Both the position numbers and the translations under genes were made by a program. The notes beneath the pieces were generated by a model. It saw only the letters and a list, made by a program, of their open reading frames with translations. It had not been told where the DNA came from and did not search any database. A stretch of DNA of 64,000 nt from Azolla caroliniana (lineage: Eukaryota > Plantae > Polypodiophyta): assembly GCA_043228905.1 (NCBI GenBank), contig JBHGNT010000016.1, positions 4,340,001-4,404,000 on the forward strand, written 5' to 3'. Below are positions 1 through 12,135 of the stretch, in pieces (the stretch's first letter is position 1; each line of letters begins with the position of its first letter).

Positions 1-3000
1 TTGTCTTGGGGCTTTGCTTGCTGGACAACTTGCAGTTTCCCGGGAGGGTTGACCCGACCGGTCTTGCTTCCGACATGTTGAACCGGTGAAGCACCTTTGT
101 CACGTACTTCTCTTGTGACAGCCACAACTGCTTCTTCTTCCGGTCCCGGATGATGTGCATCCCTAGTATTTGCCTCGCCGGACCCAGGTCCTTCATTGAG
201 AAGGTTCGGTGAAGCGCTTTCTTCAGCGTCCGTATCTTGACCTGGTCCCGTCCGACGATCAACATGTCGTCCACGTACAGGAGGAGTATTAGAGAGTCTC
301 CTCCTTCGAACTTCTTCACAAACACGCAGTGATCAGACTGCGTTTTGTGGTACCCTTCGTCGGTCATGAAGGAGTCGAACTTCCGGTACCATTGCCGGGG
401 AGCCTGCTTCAGTCCGTAAAGGCTCTTCTTCAACCGGCATACCAGGTGCTCCTTTCCTTTCTTCTCGAATCCTTCCGGTTGCTGCATGTAGATCTCTTCT
501 TCGAGGTCACCGTGAAGGAATGCCGTCTTCACGTCCATCTGTTCTACCTCGAGGTCCATGCTTGCCGCTATGCTCAGCACCGTCCGGATGGAGGTCATCT
601 TCACTACCGGGGTGAATATCTCGTCGAAGTCGACGCCCTTCTTCTGCTGAAACCCCTTCACCACGATCCTGGCTTTGTATCTCGGGGGGTTTCCGGCATC
701 TCCCGGTTTCAGCTTGAACACCCACTTGTTTCGAAGTGCCCGCTTTCCTTTCGGCAACTCCACAAGTTCATATGTGTGGTTCTCATGCAGGGAATCCATC
801 TCGTCCTGCATGGCACTCAACCACCTGCGGCTCTGGGTGTCATGCTTTGCTTCTTCAAAGCTCTCCGGCTCCCCTTCGTCGGTTAGCAGCACGTGCTCTG
901 GTTCCGGAAATCTCCGGGGGGCCCTTCTCTCTCTTAGAGGATATCTCCGTTCTGGAGCTTCGGTAACCGGTTCTTCCGATTCTTCTTCATCCGAATCCAT
1001 TTCGGGATCGGGGCCGGTTCCGGTATCATTTTCATCTTCTTCGGCCGGTTCTGTTTCTTCATAGTCTTCGGCCGGATCCTCGAGTGTTAACCGGTCCCTT
1101 GCCGGTCGGGACTGCTCCTCGTAGAGTTGATCCTCACCGGTCGACTTGGAGCTCTTCATCTTCTTCTCCGACTCCCAGTCGGCGAGTGTCTTGTCCTCCA
1201 TGAAGATGATGTCTCGACTCCTGAATATCTTCTTGTCGACCGGGTCCCATACTCGGTAGCCGAACTCGTCGTCGCCGTAACCGAGGAATATGCATAGCCG
1301 GGTCTTTGGATCTAGCTTTCCTCTCCGGTCCTTTGCCACATGCACGTATGCGAGACACCCGAACACCTTCAGATGCCGGTAGGACACTTCCTTACCGGTC
1401 CACACTTTCTGCGGCGTGTCTCCGTCCAAAGGTACTGAGGGTGATCTGTTTATCACGTATGTCGCCGTCGACATTGCCTCAGCCCAAAACCCCTTGGGTA
1501 ATTTCACATGCGCCAGCATACTCCGGACCCTCTCCATTATGGTCCGGTTCATCCTCTCGGCCAGCCCGTTTAGTTCCGGCGTCTTCGGCACAGTAAACTC
1601 GAGCCGGATTCCCTTCGAGCGACAGTACTCCTAGAACTGCCCCCGGTATTCCCCTCCGTTATCCGCTCGTATCGCTTTCAGCTTCTTGCCGGATTCCCTT
1701 TCCACTCTCGCGTGGAGTTCTTTGAAGACGGACAACACTTGGTCCTTTGTCTTCAACGGCGCCGTCCACAGCTTCCGGCTGTGATCATCAATGAAAGTCA
1801 CGAAGTACTGGGCTCCGCCATGTGACTTCGTTTCTACCTGACACACATCCGTGTGCACCAACTCCAATGGTGCGCTACGTCTCGTCGGTGGCCTTGAGTG
1901 GAAGGAGGTTCGGTTCTGCTTACCGGCCAGGCAATCGGTGCACTTCTCCAGATGCACATGCTTCACTGGAATGAGGTTGTCTTCTGCAAGCCTCTTCATC
2001 CCCTTCTCGCTCATGTGGCACAGTCTCTTGTGCCACAGCTCACCGGCAGTGTCTGCTGCCACGTTCAGCTCCTCCGGACATAGCCGGGAATTCATCAGGT
2101 ACAGGGTGTTGACCTTCCGGGCCCGAGCCACTATCAGGCTCCCCTTGCTGAACTTCATGACACCGTTCCGGATGCTACCCATGTAGCCTTCATCATCTAG
2201 CCTCCCGGCCGAGATCAGGTTCAATCGGACCTCCGGAACGTGTCGCACATCCTTCAACAGCATCTTGCATCCGGTTGATGTCAACAGCCACACGTCTCCT
2301 ATGCCGGCAATCCGGCATGTGCCTTCATTTCCCATCCGGACACAGCCGTGCTCACCGGCTGTGTAGGATGAGAAGTATTTCTTCTCCGGGGTCAGGTGGA
2401 ACGACGCTCCGGAATCGACCACCCAGGTCATCTCTACACCGGCAAGGTTCAGCTCCCTCTCTTCGGTAATAAGCATTATCTCTTCTTCACTTGCCGCGAG
2501 TGCCGTCGTTCCTTTCCGGTCCTGCCCTCGCCGATCCGGACCTCTCCGGTCCGTGGCTCCCCGGTATGCACCGTTTCTCTCCGGTGACTTCTTCGAATCG
2601 GTGTCGTCGGCTCCGTTGTCTTTTCGGTAATGCCGACAATTCTTCCGGAAGTGCCCCGGCTTCCCACAGTGGAAGCATGTGGGTCTTCCTCTTGACTGCG
2701 ACCGGGTCCCCGACTTCTCCCGTCTTTGCGGACTCCGGTTCCATTGTCTTCCCCGTTCCGATTCGGTAAGCAGCGCCTTCGAGTCGGAGACCGGTTCTTT
2801 ATCTCTCCGACGCGCTTCTTCGTTCAAAATACTTGTCTTTACCGTTTGTAGGGACAAGTTATCTTCGGTGCAGGAGGTGCTGAGAGTCACCACCAAGTTC
2901 TCCCAGCTGTCCGGCAATGTACACATCAGGATGATGGCTTGCATTGCATCCTCCAACGGGAACTTGATCGCCGCAAGCTGGTTCACGAATCCCATGAACG

Positions 3001-3376
3001 TGCTTACGTGTTCCACCATACTCTCGCCGTCCCGGTACTTGAGGTTCACTATCTTTCTCATCAGGGAGGTCCGGTTCAACGCATTCTTCCTCTCGTAGAG
3101 GCCCGATAGCTTCCTCCACATCTCATATGCGTTGGTGTCGTTCGCCACGTGTTGTAGAACGCTCACGTCGACGTATTGCCGAATGGTTGCAACGGCTTTC
3201 CGGTTCAGAAGCCTCCACTCCGTCTCAAGTACCCCCTTGGGTATTTCCGACCTGTCGATCGGTTCATACAGGTCCCGAACAATGAGCAGATCCTCCATCT
3301 TTATCTTCCAGTCGGCGTAGTTTTGCGCATTCAGCACCATCATCCCCGGCTGCCCGCTGCTGCCGCCTTCCATTTT
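1..3376 (-). pseudogene. copia A gag-pol (Gag, CCHC, protease DSGAS, integrase, RT); premature stop at 1631-1633
   Basis: ORF 1631..3430 matches copy B protein; CAG->TAG stop in integrase, and homology to B continues to position 1. Confidence 0.9.
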
Positions 3377-3404
3377 CTGTGTTACCGTCGCTCTGATACC
3401 ACTT

Positions 3405-4159
3405 TGTCGGAATTCCGTGCTCGGCCACAACCGAGGAACAGGATCGATTCACAGAAAACGGGAAATGCAACAATGCACGAAAACAATAGAGAGAAGGGCA
3501 CACTGGATGTTTTACGTGGAAAACCCTAAATGGGAAAAACCACGGGAGTGCAAGACTCCAACTATCACTATACGCGGGAATGTACAATGGCGAGCTGCAA
3601 GGCGACGACCTTGAGCTCGCTGTCCTCGCCACAGGCGGCGGTATTACACAGAGGCGTCGACCTCTTCCTTCCTCCTTCTCTCTCACTCTCTCTCGGCTGC
3701 TCTCACTTCGCTCCCTCTTAGTGGAAAACAGAAAAATGAGCAACAACAGCCTTAACTGTTTGCCCTAAGTCATATTTATACACATATGACTTTCGGGCTA
3801 TTTACAAATATAGCCTCAAGGGCTCTTGGCAAACATATTCACAAATATGTCTCCGCATCCGGATCTCTCTCCGGGTACATTCGTCATCCGGCTCCGTAAC
3901 CGGGGTCTTCATCATCCGGCTCCGTAGCCGGGGTCTTCATCATCCGGCTCCGTAACCGGGGTCTTCATCATCCGGCTCCGTAGCCGGGGTCTTCATCATC
4001 CGGCTCCGTAACCGGGGTCTTCATCATCCGGCTCCGTAGCCGGGGTCTTCATCATCCGGCTCCGTAACCGGGGTCTTCATCATCCGGCTCCGTAACCGCA
4101 ACCGGGCTTGCCGTCATTCATCTCCGGACATCCCATCCGGAGGGACTGAAATCCCAACA
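3405..4159 (-). repeat. 5' LTR of copia A (755 bp, seven 28-bp tandem units)
   Basis: TG...CA termini, homologous to B LTRs. Confidence 0.95.
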
Positions 4160-4843
4160 CTAGAACCCTATCAGAACAACACAATCCCAGGTCGTATTAA
4201 ACCACCTCCACCTCCGATCGAACTTGAAGATGGACCTGAGTACGAGGTTGTCGCCATCCTCAATTCCAAGATTGTTCGCAATAAGCTCTACTATTTGGTC
4301 GATTGGCTAGGATACAACCCTAAGGAGCATACTTGGGAACCAATAGAGAATGTGACCAATGCTCGTGTTCTTCTTGAAGACTTCCATCGTCAATATCCAG
4401 ACAACCAGGTCCTCAATCCAAAACGACTCGTAACACTTGTCGTTTTAAAAGGGAGATAGTGTCATGATTCAAATCCATGACTTTATGTTACATGGGTTAA
4501 GCTCTTGCCATTAGACTATATATTGTTATAAAAAAGATATTATTTTCATTTATTATTTCACTATAAAAAATTAATGTATATTTTGAGATTTCTCTGTAAC
4601 ATTCTAGAAACTTCAAGACTACTCCTGAAAACACTATAAAAGGAGGCACAAGGCATTATTTCGAACCAAATTGGTTCAACGCTAGTCTTGTGCTTACTCT
4701 TGATATAATATAATATATCTTTCGTTATCATCATTCTCTCTCTCTGTCCTTCTCTCGTGAGTTCTACACCCTTTTCTCTCTCTTAGTACTAATTCACATC
4801 TTTTAGTACTAATTCCCTCTCTGTCTTAGTACTGTTCCTGACA
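4160..4843 (+). mobile_element. Chromovirus (Ty3/gypsy) 3' remnant: integrase tail, chromodomain, PPT, 3' LTR 4460-4843
   Basis: Frame from 4160 reads PPPPIELEDGPEYEVVAILNSKIVRNKLYYLVDWLGYNPKEHTWEP; PPT AAAAGGGAGATAG; LTR TGTCA...TGACA. Confidence 0.85.
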
Positions 4844-5574
4844 CCTGTGGAACAACCGAGTACATGCTAGTGAGATGCAGAGGACCCTGGAGATGAACAA
4901 CGGGTGAGGTGGCATGAAGAGGATAATGGAGGAAGTTGTGATGCGGCATGTCGAAGTCATCCATTACTCGACGTCGACCGGTATCCGGGTCGGAGAGGAT
5001 AAGAACGTGAAGATGGGAATGACGCCGGGTTTTGGCAGGTTGTGCTAGAAGGCTTCTTCAGGAAGAAGATGAAGAAAGAAGAAGCGGATTCGGGAGGTCA
5101 CCTAATGGAGCGATCCGGTGGAGGAAAGGACCAGCTTTGTAGAAGCTACATGCTAAAACTACCAAGTTCTGGTTGAAGACAAGCGGGTTGGGAAGGCCAG
5201 AGATGCAGGTCCTTTGGGTAGGTACGCCACCTGGAGTAGACCAAAAAGAGGTGATGGTGGTTTGACTGACCAACAGGAGAAGGAATAGGGAAACTTTCCC
5301 AGCTTCCGGCTGAGCTCAGAGATAGAGAAGTCGATAGACCTACGAAAGGTTTTCGAAGAGTGAATCCTTGACAGCTAGGTGGAACTCATGTTGTGAGAGG
5401 TATTGGGTATTGCCAAGAAAGAGGTTCACGACACAATCGTTGACCTCGTGAATTGGAAGTGGCTCTCTACAGAGTCAGAGAACGTAAAGCTTGTCGATGT
5501 TAGCGCGATGGGAATCGACAAAGTGGCGAAGGAAGAAGAGTATGCCGATAGCCACTACATGTGGTCGAACTGGG
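4844..5574 (+). pseudogene. Degenerate family-X gypsy gag/protease-linker fragment
   Basis: LWNNRVHASE...GIAKKEVHDTIVDLV aligns with ORF 10867..12135. Confidence 0.8.
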
Positions 5575-5653
5575 TGTTTATCCTGGGCTGGACTAGCCAC
5601 AAACACAGGGTGTCCTTCCAGAACATTTCTCCAAAGGGTGGTTGAGGGAGTGA

Positions 5654-6048
5654 TGTTATCTGACGTAGATCCGATTCCAATCCGGTTATTGTTCCGGATA
5701 CTCTCCGAATGAGTAATACACAATCGATTAATGAAAACATGTGTAAGATTATAATTGAACGTGGAACGACAACTAAGAAAGAGACACAATAGAATTAAAG
5801 TAGAATTCTTAAACTTGTATTACTTCTGCACCTCATTACATCGATTCCCGAATCCTTTTATAGGCAACCGGCTAGAATTACAGAACGGTGCCTTACTGGC
5901 TACCGACTATCAATCGGCCCAAATCCGGATCGGTACAACTATTCCGGATGCGTCCATTCCTATAATATTCCTAATTACTAATTAATCTAATTATCATATC
6001 CGACTCGTCCCTTCTCATATATTCCTCTGGATCATACTCCGGCCAACA
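5654..6048. repeat. LTR of a Tat/Athila-like gypsy remnant
   Basis: TGTT...AACA termini; minus-strand TATA (CCTATAAAAGG); short motifs shared with LTR 30855-31302. Confidence 0.7.
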
Positions 6049-6102
6049 CATGGCACGCCCGTGGGACAATGCATTGCATGTCGAACCCACGGGTTAGCTC
6101 TT

Positions 6103-9100
6103 TCATTCTTTGTTGAGTATGTCCAAAATGCTTTGATCCAAGGGTTCAAATGGTTCTTCCTTTTGTTGTTGGTATTGTCTTGCCTCGGCTCCCTCCGGTT
6201 GATCCGTTCCAGCTTCTTTTTCATTTTTGACTCTCTCTGCATGCTCCGTGCCGGCTGGTTCCGTCTGATCCGTACCAACTCCCTTTGGGTGCTTCGTACT
6301 ATTTCTCACCGGTTGCTCTGCTCCGATGTCATTCGGTTGCTGGTTTGGCTGTGGGTCCTCGGGTTGTTCCTCATCGCTGATATTTATGGCCTCAACTCGC
6401 TTTTCCGCTTCTTTCCACCTTTGCTTCCGCTGGTATCGCTCGAACTGCAGTTATGTGTCGAGTTGATCGTCTTTGAGCCTTTTGATGAGCTTCTAGACAA
6501 CGTCTCAATGATTTTTGGTCAAGGCAAAAAAATCATCTGCCAATTACTCCCGGATGGTGATAATGCTTTCCTCATCCAGCTTGTAGAAATTGTCGCTGAC
6601 CTTTTTTCGGTTTTCCGCATCGGCTCGGAGTATCTGGAGTTCCGCCGCTTGTTGGGACCATTCATTCCATACCGGGGATGAACAATCTTCGATCTTTGTC
6701 TTCGTCTGGTTCCTCCATGCTCCGACAATCATCTGGATTCTGTTGATGCCGAGCTTCTTCCTCTCTTCTGTGGTCTCCTTCTCGTTCTTGAGCTACTTGA
6801 TGAGTTCAGCGGTCGCCTTCGCCTTCGCCATAAATTGGGTCTGATAGGTCGTTTGCAACCTATCCAAAACCATCTTTGCCTGTTGCACTGCCTCATTTCT
6901 GTTTTTAACAATGTTCACATACATCTCCACACTATGCTTATTGAATTCTCAATGTTTTTTGTCCACACACTACGTGGTCAATATGATGATTTGCAGGGTT
7001 CTGCTAATGTTCTATTGCAACGGTAAGTGGCCTTTAAGAATCGACGGCAAGGACTTCACTTATTTTTAGATACAACTGTTGGTATGAGGTTGAATTATGC
7101 TATACCTTCTTTTATGTTGCATTGCTTATATTATTTCATCGCATCCTCCATCAACTTCATCGCCATCTCAGCCATCAATTTACCTTGATCTGTTAGTGCC
7201 TCCGTTTTTTCCTTGAGCTCCATCCGGACCTCCTTAAGCTTGTCTTATTGTCGGTCATAATCCGACCCTACCTTCTTATGTTCCACCACGAGTTGCTTAT
7301 GGTCTTTGTGTAGCTTCTCGAAGTCTTCCGTTTTCTGCTTTAGGCGCTGGTTGATTTGACAGTGCGCCTGATCTTCCCGATCCTTTTGTTGTCAGATCTC
7401 TTCCTTCAACCTCTCTATCTCCATTTCAGCCATCCTCTGGAGCTTGTCTTTCCCTGCAACAACTTCTCTGTTTCCTCCTTCAGCTGGTTGTTGTTCACTT
7501 GACTCTTTCGGAGACATTCCTCAGTTCTCCGTTTCTCTTCTTCGGTTGTCTTCCTCTACTCTCTTTCTCGCTCTCTTAATGCTTCTTGAGCAGCTAATTC
7601 CTCTCTTAGTGTTTGCATTTCCTATTCCCGCTCAACTTCTTTTTCTGGGGCTGTTCTAGCCACTGGTTCAACATCCATTTCCAAAGCTTTCTTCTGTAAA
7701 TTAGCCGGTTCTACTGGCTCTGTTCCGGAGGTTGTATCGTGGTCCATTTTTGACATGAGGACCTCAAACTCCTTGGCGCTTGCCAGCTCCTCCTCCAGGC
7801 TCCGAATCTGATTTTGGGCCTTATCCAATTCTTCGGTTGTTGTCAGCAACCGTTCCACCTGTCTCCGCCCCATCTATTGTTGTTCATCTATCCGGTCAGC
7901 CACACTGGATACCTGCTTCCCAAGCCATTCTAAGCATTACCGGCAAGTTCTGTGTTGTGTGAGTACAACGAACTCTTGTTCTAACTCCGACCTTACTTCT
8001 TGCTCCCCCCTGAGCCATTGTGCAAATGGCTCCACTTGCTCTGGTGTCCGCTTCGGTAGGCATTCCTCCTGTTGCTCCTACCTTAGAAGACCACTTCTGG
8101 TCCGGTTCCGGTGGAACCATCTTCACCACTTCTGGTTTGTCGGTTGGCTCCATCTCCGATCTGGGTTCCCCTACCGATGAGCGGGGAATCGGTGTACTCT
8201 CCTTCTCCGGACTCGATCGTTCCCCCTGCTGCTCACTATTGTGCTTTCTTAGGCGACACTCGAGGGTTTCGGCTGGTTCTTCTTCAACTTCCTCTTCCGC
8301 GGGTCTTGGTTTACCCTATATACCAGTCCCTCTTGGTCTCTGTCATGCCGACACAACTTTATCTTGATCGGTTTTGCCATCCTTTCCGGAACTTTCTCGA
8401 TTGGCTCCTGTCTCCTTGTATCCGACACTTCTTCTTCCCGCTGAGACGAGTCCCCTGATGTCCATCCGGGGTTGTGTTTTTCTAGGAGCTGTTGCCATTT
8501 GGATGGCTTGTTGGGTGTGGTGGGCCTCGCTTCTTCGGCTTGATGGTGCATGTCGGAGGTAACAATATCGTTAACTACTATGCTAATCCACCGCATGCTT
8601 TCTTCCCATCCATTACAGATGCAATTCCCGCCCGTAGTGAGTCGGCCACTATCACTGGCCAGTCCACCTTAAGGCCTTCAAATGTGACAATGATGAAACT
8701 AGCCATGTTCTTCGGCATAACGAGTGGTCGGGGGTGAACGAATCCATGCTCGAGTAATACTCGAGCCACTTCCTAGAACAAGAGATTTTCGTCGTCCTGT
8801 GTCCGGTACACCTTGCCGGAAATTGAGAGTTACTCCCCAAAATAATCGGTCAATATGTCGGTGCAGGGGTTCTCAATGGAGCACAGTCCTCCGACGGGTA
8901 ATCCAATGAGGGCCTGCACTGTCCCCTCGAAGAGTTCGTCGAGGTAGATCGTTGCTGCGACCTTCTCTAGTTCCTCGTGTGGTGGTGCTTCAGCCTTTTC
9001 GATGAATCCCTCAAGGCCGTGCTTGCTGAGCCAATCTTTGGTGGCGGTCGAGACTGCCATCGGCTCTATATACTCTTCGCCGATTTCATTGCTATGGGTG

Positions 9101-9222
9101 GGTGCTTGGGATCTGTTAATCTCATGTGTTCTTCTGGAAACCTACGTGCTTTGTTGTGCTCTCAAAAGCTTTCGTTCGCGAAATGAGACTCCTTCGTTTG
9201 TCTGGATATTTTGGGCTGCCAT
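6103..9222 (-). pseudogene. Disrupted accessory (extra) ORF of the gypsy remnant: globular N-terminal region plus long charged coiled-coil
   Basis: Chain of minus-strand ORF fragments (8830-9060, 8578-8769, 7622-7873, 6544-6732, 6103-6309) ending about 50 bp from the LTR; no gag/pol motifs. Confidence 0.6.
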
Positions 9223-9969
9223 TTTTTGTCACCGCCTCGTCTTTAATTCCTGTGCATGCACGTTGTCATGAAGAAAATTGTCCCTAGGCGGAAACCGAGT
9301 TTAGCGTGTGTAAACCGGCCCTTACACGCGAGCACACTTTTTGTTGTATAGTAAGTAGGTAGGTACAAGTCGGCTGAGAGGAAATCCTAGGTAGCATGCA
9401 TTCAATAGGGAGCGAATCGAGGTGTATCTCTGTCCGAAAGGACAGAGAATTAATATGATGTAACGGATGATAACGGCCTCCCTCCTTGGGCTATAAAAGA
9501 GAGGGAGAGGAATGGGGAAAGGGATCGCGCGTTAGAGAGGATGAAGTGCTGCCGGACTGGGACCGAGCCCTTCTCCTCTGCCACTCTCCATAGCCATTTT
9601 TGTGCAGGTTTTCGGGAGGCTGACTCTGCTCCGTGGAACGCCCGTGTGCTTCCGGCAGAGTCTCCATCTTGCTCATCTGTGTGTATGAGTGAACAGGCGT
9701 CGGTGTTCGCCTTGCCGGCCTGTTAATTGTAACCGTCTCGATATATATATATATATATATTTTATATACATACGTGTTCATATACTCGGACTTCTAGTCG
9801 TCTCGTTTTGTTGTGTTGTTGGACTGTGTTTCCTGTGTGCTCTCATGTTTGTGCGTGTGCAAGTGCGTCCGTTGCCTTTCCGCTCTCCTCCTTCCTAGCT
9901 ATTTCTCGGTCCAAGACCCCGGTGGTCCCGCCTCGTTCCCCACGCACGCGCGTAACAATGCGACATATT

Positions 9970-9987
9970 TGGTGAACCCGACGTGAA
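9970..9987 (+). promoter_or_regulatory. Primer binding site complementary to tRNA-Trp
   Basis: Complement of plant tRNA-Trp 3' end (..TTCACGTCGGGTTCACCA); also at 59793-59810 and mutated at 46521. Confidence 0.8.
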
Positions 9988-10009
9988 CAGGCGGCAGAGG
10001 AATAGGAAG

Positions 10010-12135
10010 ATGAGGGGGTTAGATCTCGCGGAAGCGATGGCTTCGGCTGTGGATCGGATAGTGACTGCGCACGAAGGTGCAGGCGCCCTCGATAGGGCTA
10101 TTGAAGCGGCCGTCGGCACGATAGGCCGGTTCGGTGGGAAGGACATCACGAGCTATTTGGAGGCCTACCGGGCGGGATGGTAATTAGAGACATTCCGGAA
10201 GAAAGGCGACTGACCGGATTCCCTCGGGTGGCGATGCCGGGCATCCATGCGGAAGTGCTCGAGGTACGAGCTGAGAGCTGGACCTGGGAAGAGTTTGAAG
10301 GTCGGCTCCTCGAAAAATACGGGCTTGATGACGCGCTCCGGCTCTCGAAACGGGACTTCATGGAATGGGTAGAGACCCCCGAAAAGGGGAGAAACGCGTC
10401 GGTGCTCCTCCGGGAGTTTGAAGAATGGTTCGTGCGTCTTTCGGCGCTCGACCGGACCGTACTAGACACAAGTCGCATCCTGTTGTTCGTTAAGTCAGTG
10501 GATGCGAGGGACCGGGGGCAAGTGGGTCTCCTGCTAGAGACTGATGACGGGCTGACGGCCGACTGGGCCGTGGTGAAGAGGGTCTGTGGCCGTTTCGACA
10601 AGCGGCGAGAGTGGGTCGATAAAGGATCAACAGGGGCGGGCTCTGTAGCAGCAATGAAACTCGAGCCAACCCAGCTAGCACGAAGGGAAGAGACCCGAGA
10701 CAGGCTTGAGACCAAATCGACTTCGACCGGCATGGTCAAAGGTTCGTCCGGAGGAGCAACTCTAGAGGAGCTGACTAGGATGGTAAAGGACCTCCAGATT
10801 GCACAGGCATGGAGGGATGGCGGCGAATAGGCCCGTGACCGAAGGCCTCTAACTGGAAACCGGTGTTTGTGGTGCGACGCAGTCGGCCACGTTCGGAAGG
10901 ACTGCGGGGACTTCGCCGAGGCAATGAGAGCCAACGTGGTGTACCTATGGAACGGTTGGGTGCACGCTAGCGAGACCCGAAGGGCCCTGGACCTGAATGT
11001 TGGACAAGGGGGTATGAAACGACTGATGGAAGAAGCGGCGGCTCGCCAGGCGGAGACCATCCACTACTCGGCGTCGGCTGGCATCCGGGTCGGAGGTGGT
11101 GAGGCCCGGAAGACGAACGAAGCCGGATTCTTGTTGCTGATGCTGGAAGGCCTCGCCGGCGCACGGCTAAGGAAAGAAGAAGCGGACCGCGCGGAAAAAC
11201 GGGTCCGGGAGGTAACCGGGTGGAGCGACCCGGTTGAAGAGAAGACGGGCTTCGTTGAAGCCGCATGCCAGAACTACGAGGCTCTGGTGGAAGACAAACG
11301 AGTAGGTAAAACTAGAGGGGTCGGGCCATCGCAACGGTACGAGACCCGATTCGGTCAAAGGCAGAATGAGGCTGGTGCGACCGGCGCACCGGATAAAGCC
11401 AAGAAGGCCGGGTACCGGTTGAGCACGGTAATCGAAAGCACTACAGACCTGCGAAAGGTCCTGGAGGAACGTATCCTCGACAACAAAGTGGAGTTGTCGC
11501 TGAGGGAAGTGCTTGGGATCGCCAAGAAGGAGTTCCACGACTCCATCGTAGACTTGGTGAAGAGGAAGAGGCTGTCGACAGAGCTAGAGCCCGAGAAGCC
11601 GGTGGAAATGCGAACGACGCACATAGAGGACATGGCGCTAGAAGACGAGTTGGCGGAGAGCTACTATTCGAGGGTGCACTGGGCCAGAGCGACCACGGAG
11701 ACCCTTGTTAAGGTCGGGGATGTCCAGGAGCCGGTGGTGGCGTTGGTGGACCACGGTTCAGAAATCAACTTGATGTCCATGGACTTCTACAAAAAGGGGA
11801 AATGGCCGATCAACACCAAACGCGGCTGGAAAATACGGGCAACGACGCGCGCCACGGAAGAACTACATGGAGCCTGCCCGAATGTACAGGCGAAAATCGG
11901 CGATGTCGAGATCGACCAACACTTCTTCGTGCAGGAGATGTCCTCACATCCGGTTATACTAGGAGAACCATACATCATGGCGGCACGGATGGAAACCAAG
12001 GTGCTGGACAACGGTTCGGCCTACGCAAGAGTCAAGAGCCAGGACGTGCGTCACACGGTCCAGTTCCGGACGGTGCGACCAAACCATGAGTGTAACCGCA
12101 AGACCCTCGGTGGCAAAACCCGAGGGGATTTTTAG
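10010..12135 (+). pseudogene. Family X gag-protease ORF (frameshift and stop)
   Basis: CX2CX4HX4C (CLWCDAVGHVRKDC); protease LVDHGSEINLM. Confidence 0.85.

Larger units (their letters stand above)
1..4159 (-). mobile_element. Ty1/copia LTR retrotransposon copy A (Tnt1/Tork-like), 3' part outside window
   Basis: Near-exact reverse complement of copy B. 5' LTR 3405-4159, PBS complement GCTCTGATACCA just inside it. Inserted into a chromovirus integrase (outer flank CTAGA). Confidence 0.95.

Noticed and set aside
3885-4097. CRISPR-like array of 28-bp repeats (also 13430-13560, 18217-18372, 23061-23340)
   Set aside because: Head-to-tail repeats with no unique spacers, inside LTRs, and no cas genes
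6061-6681. Hydrophobic ORFs (also 29524..30066) as membrane or env proteins
   Set aside because: Antisense shadows of purine-rich charged coding on the opposite strand
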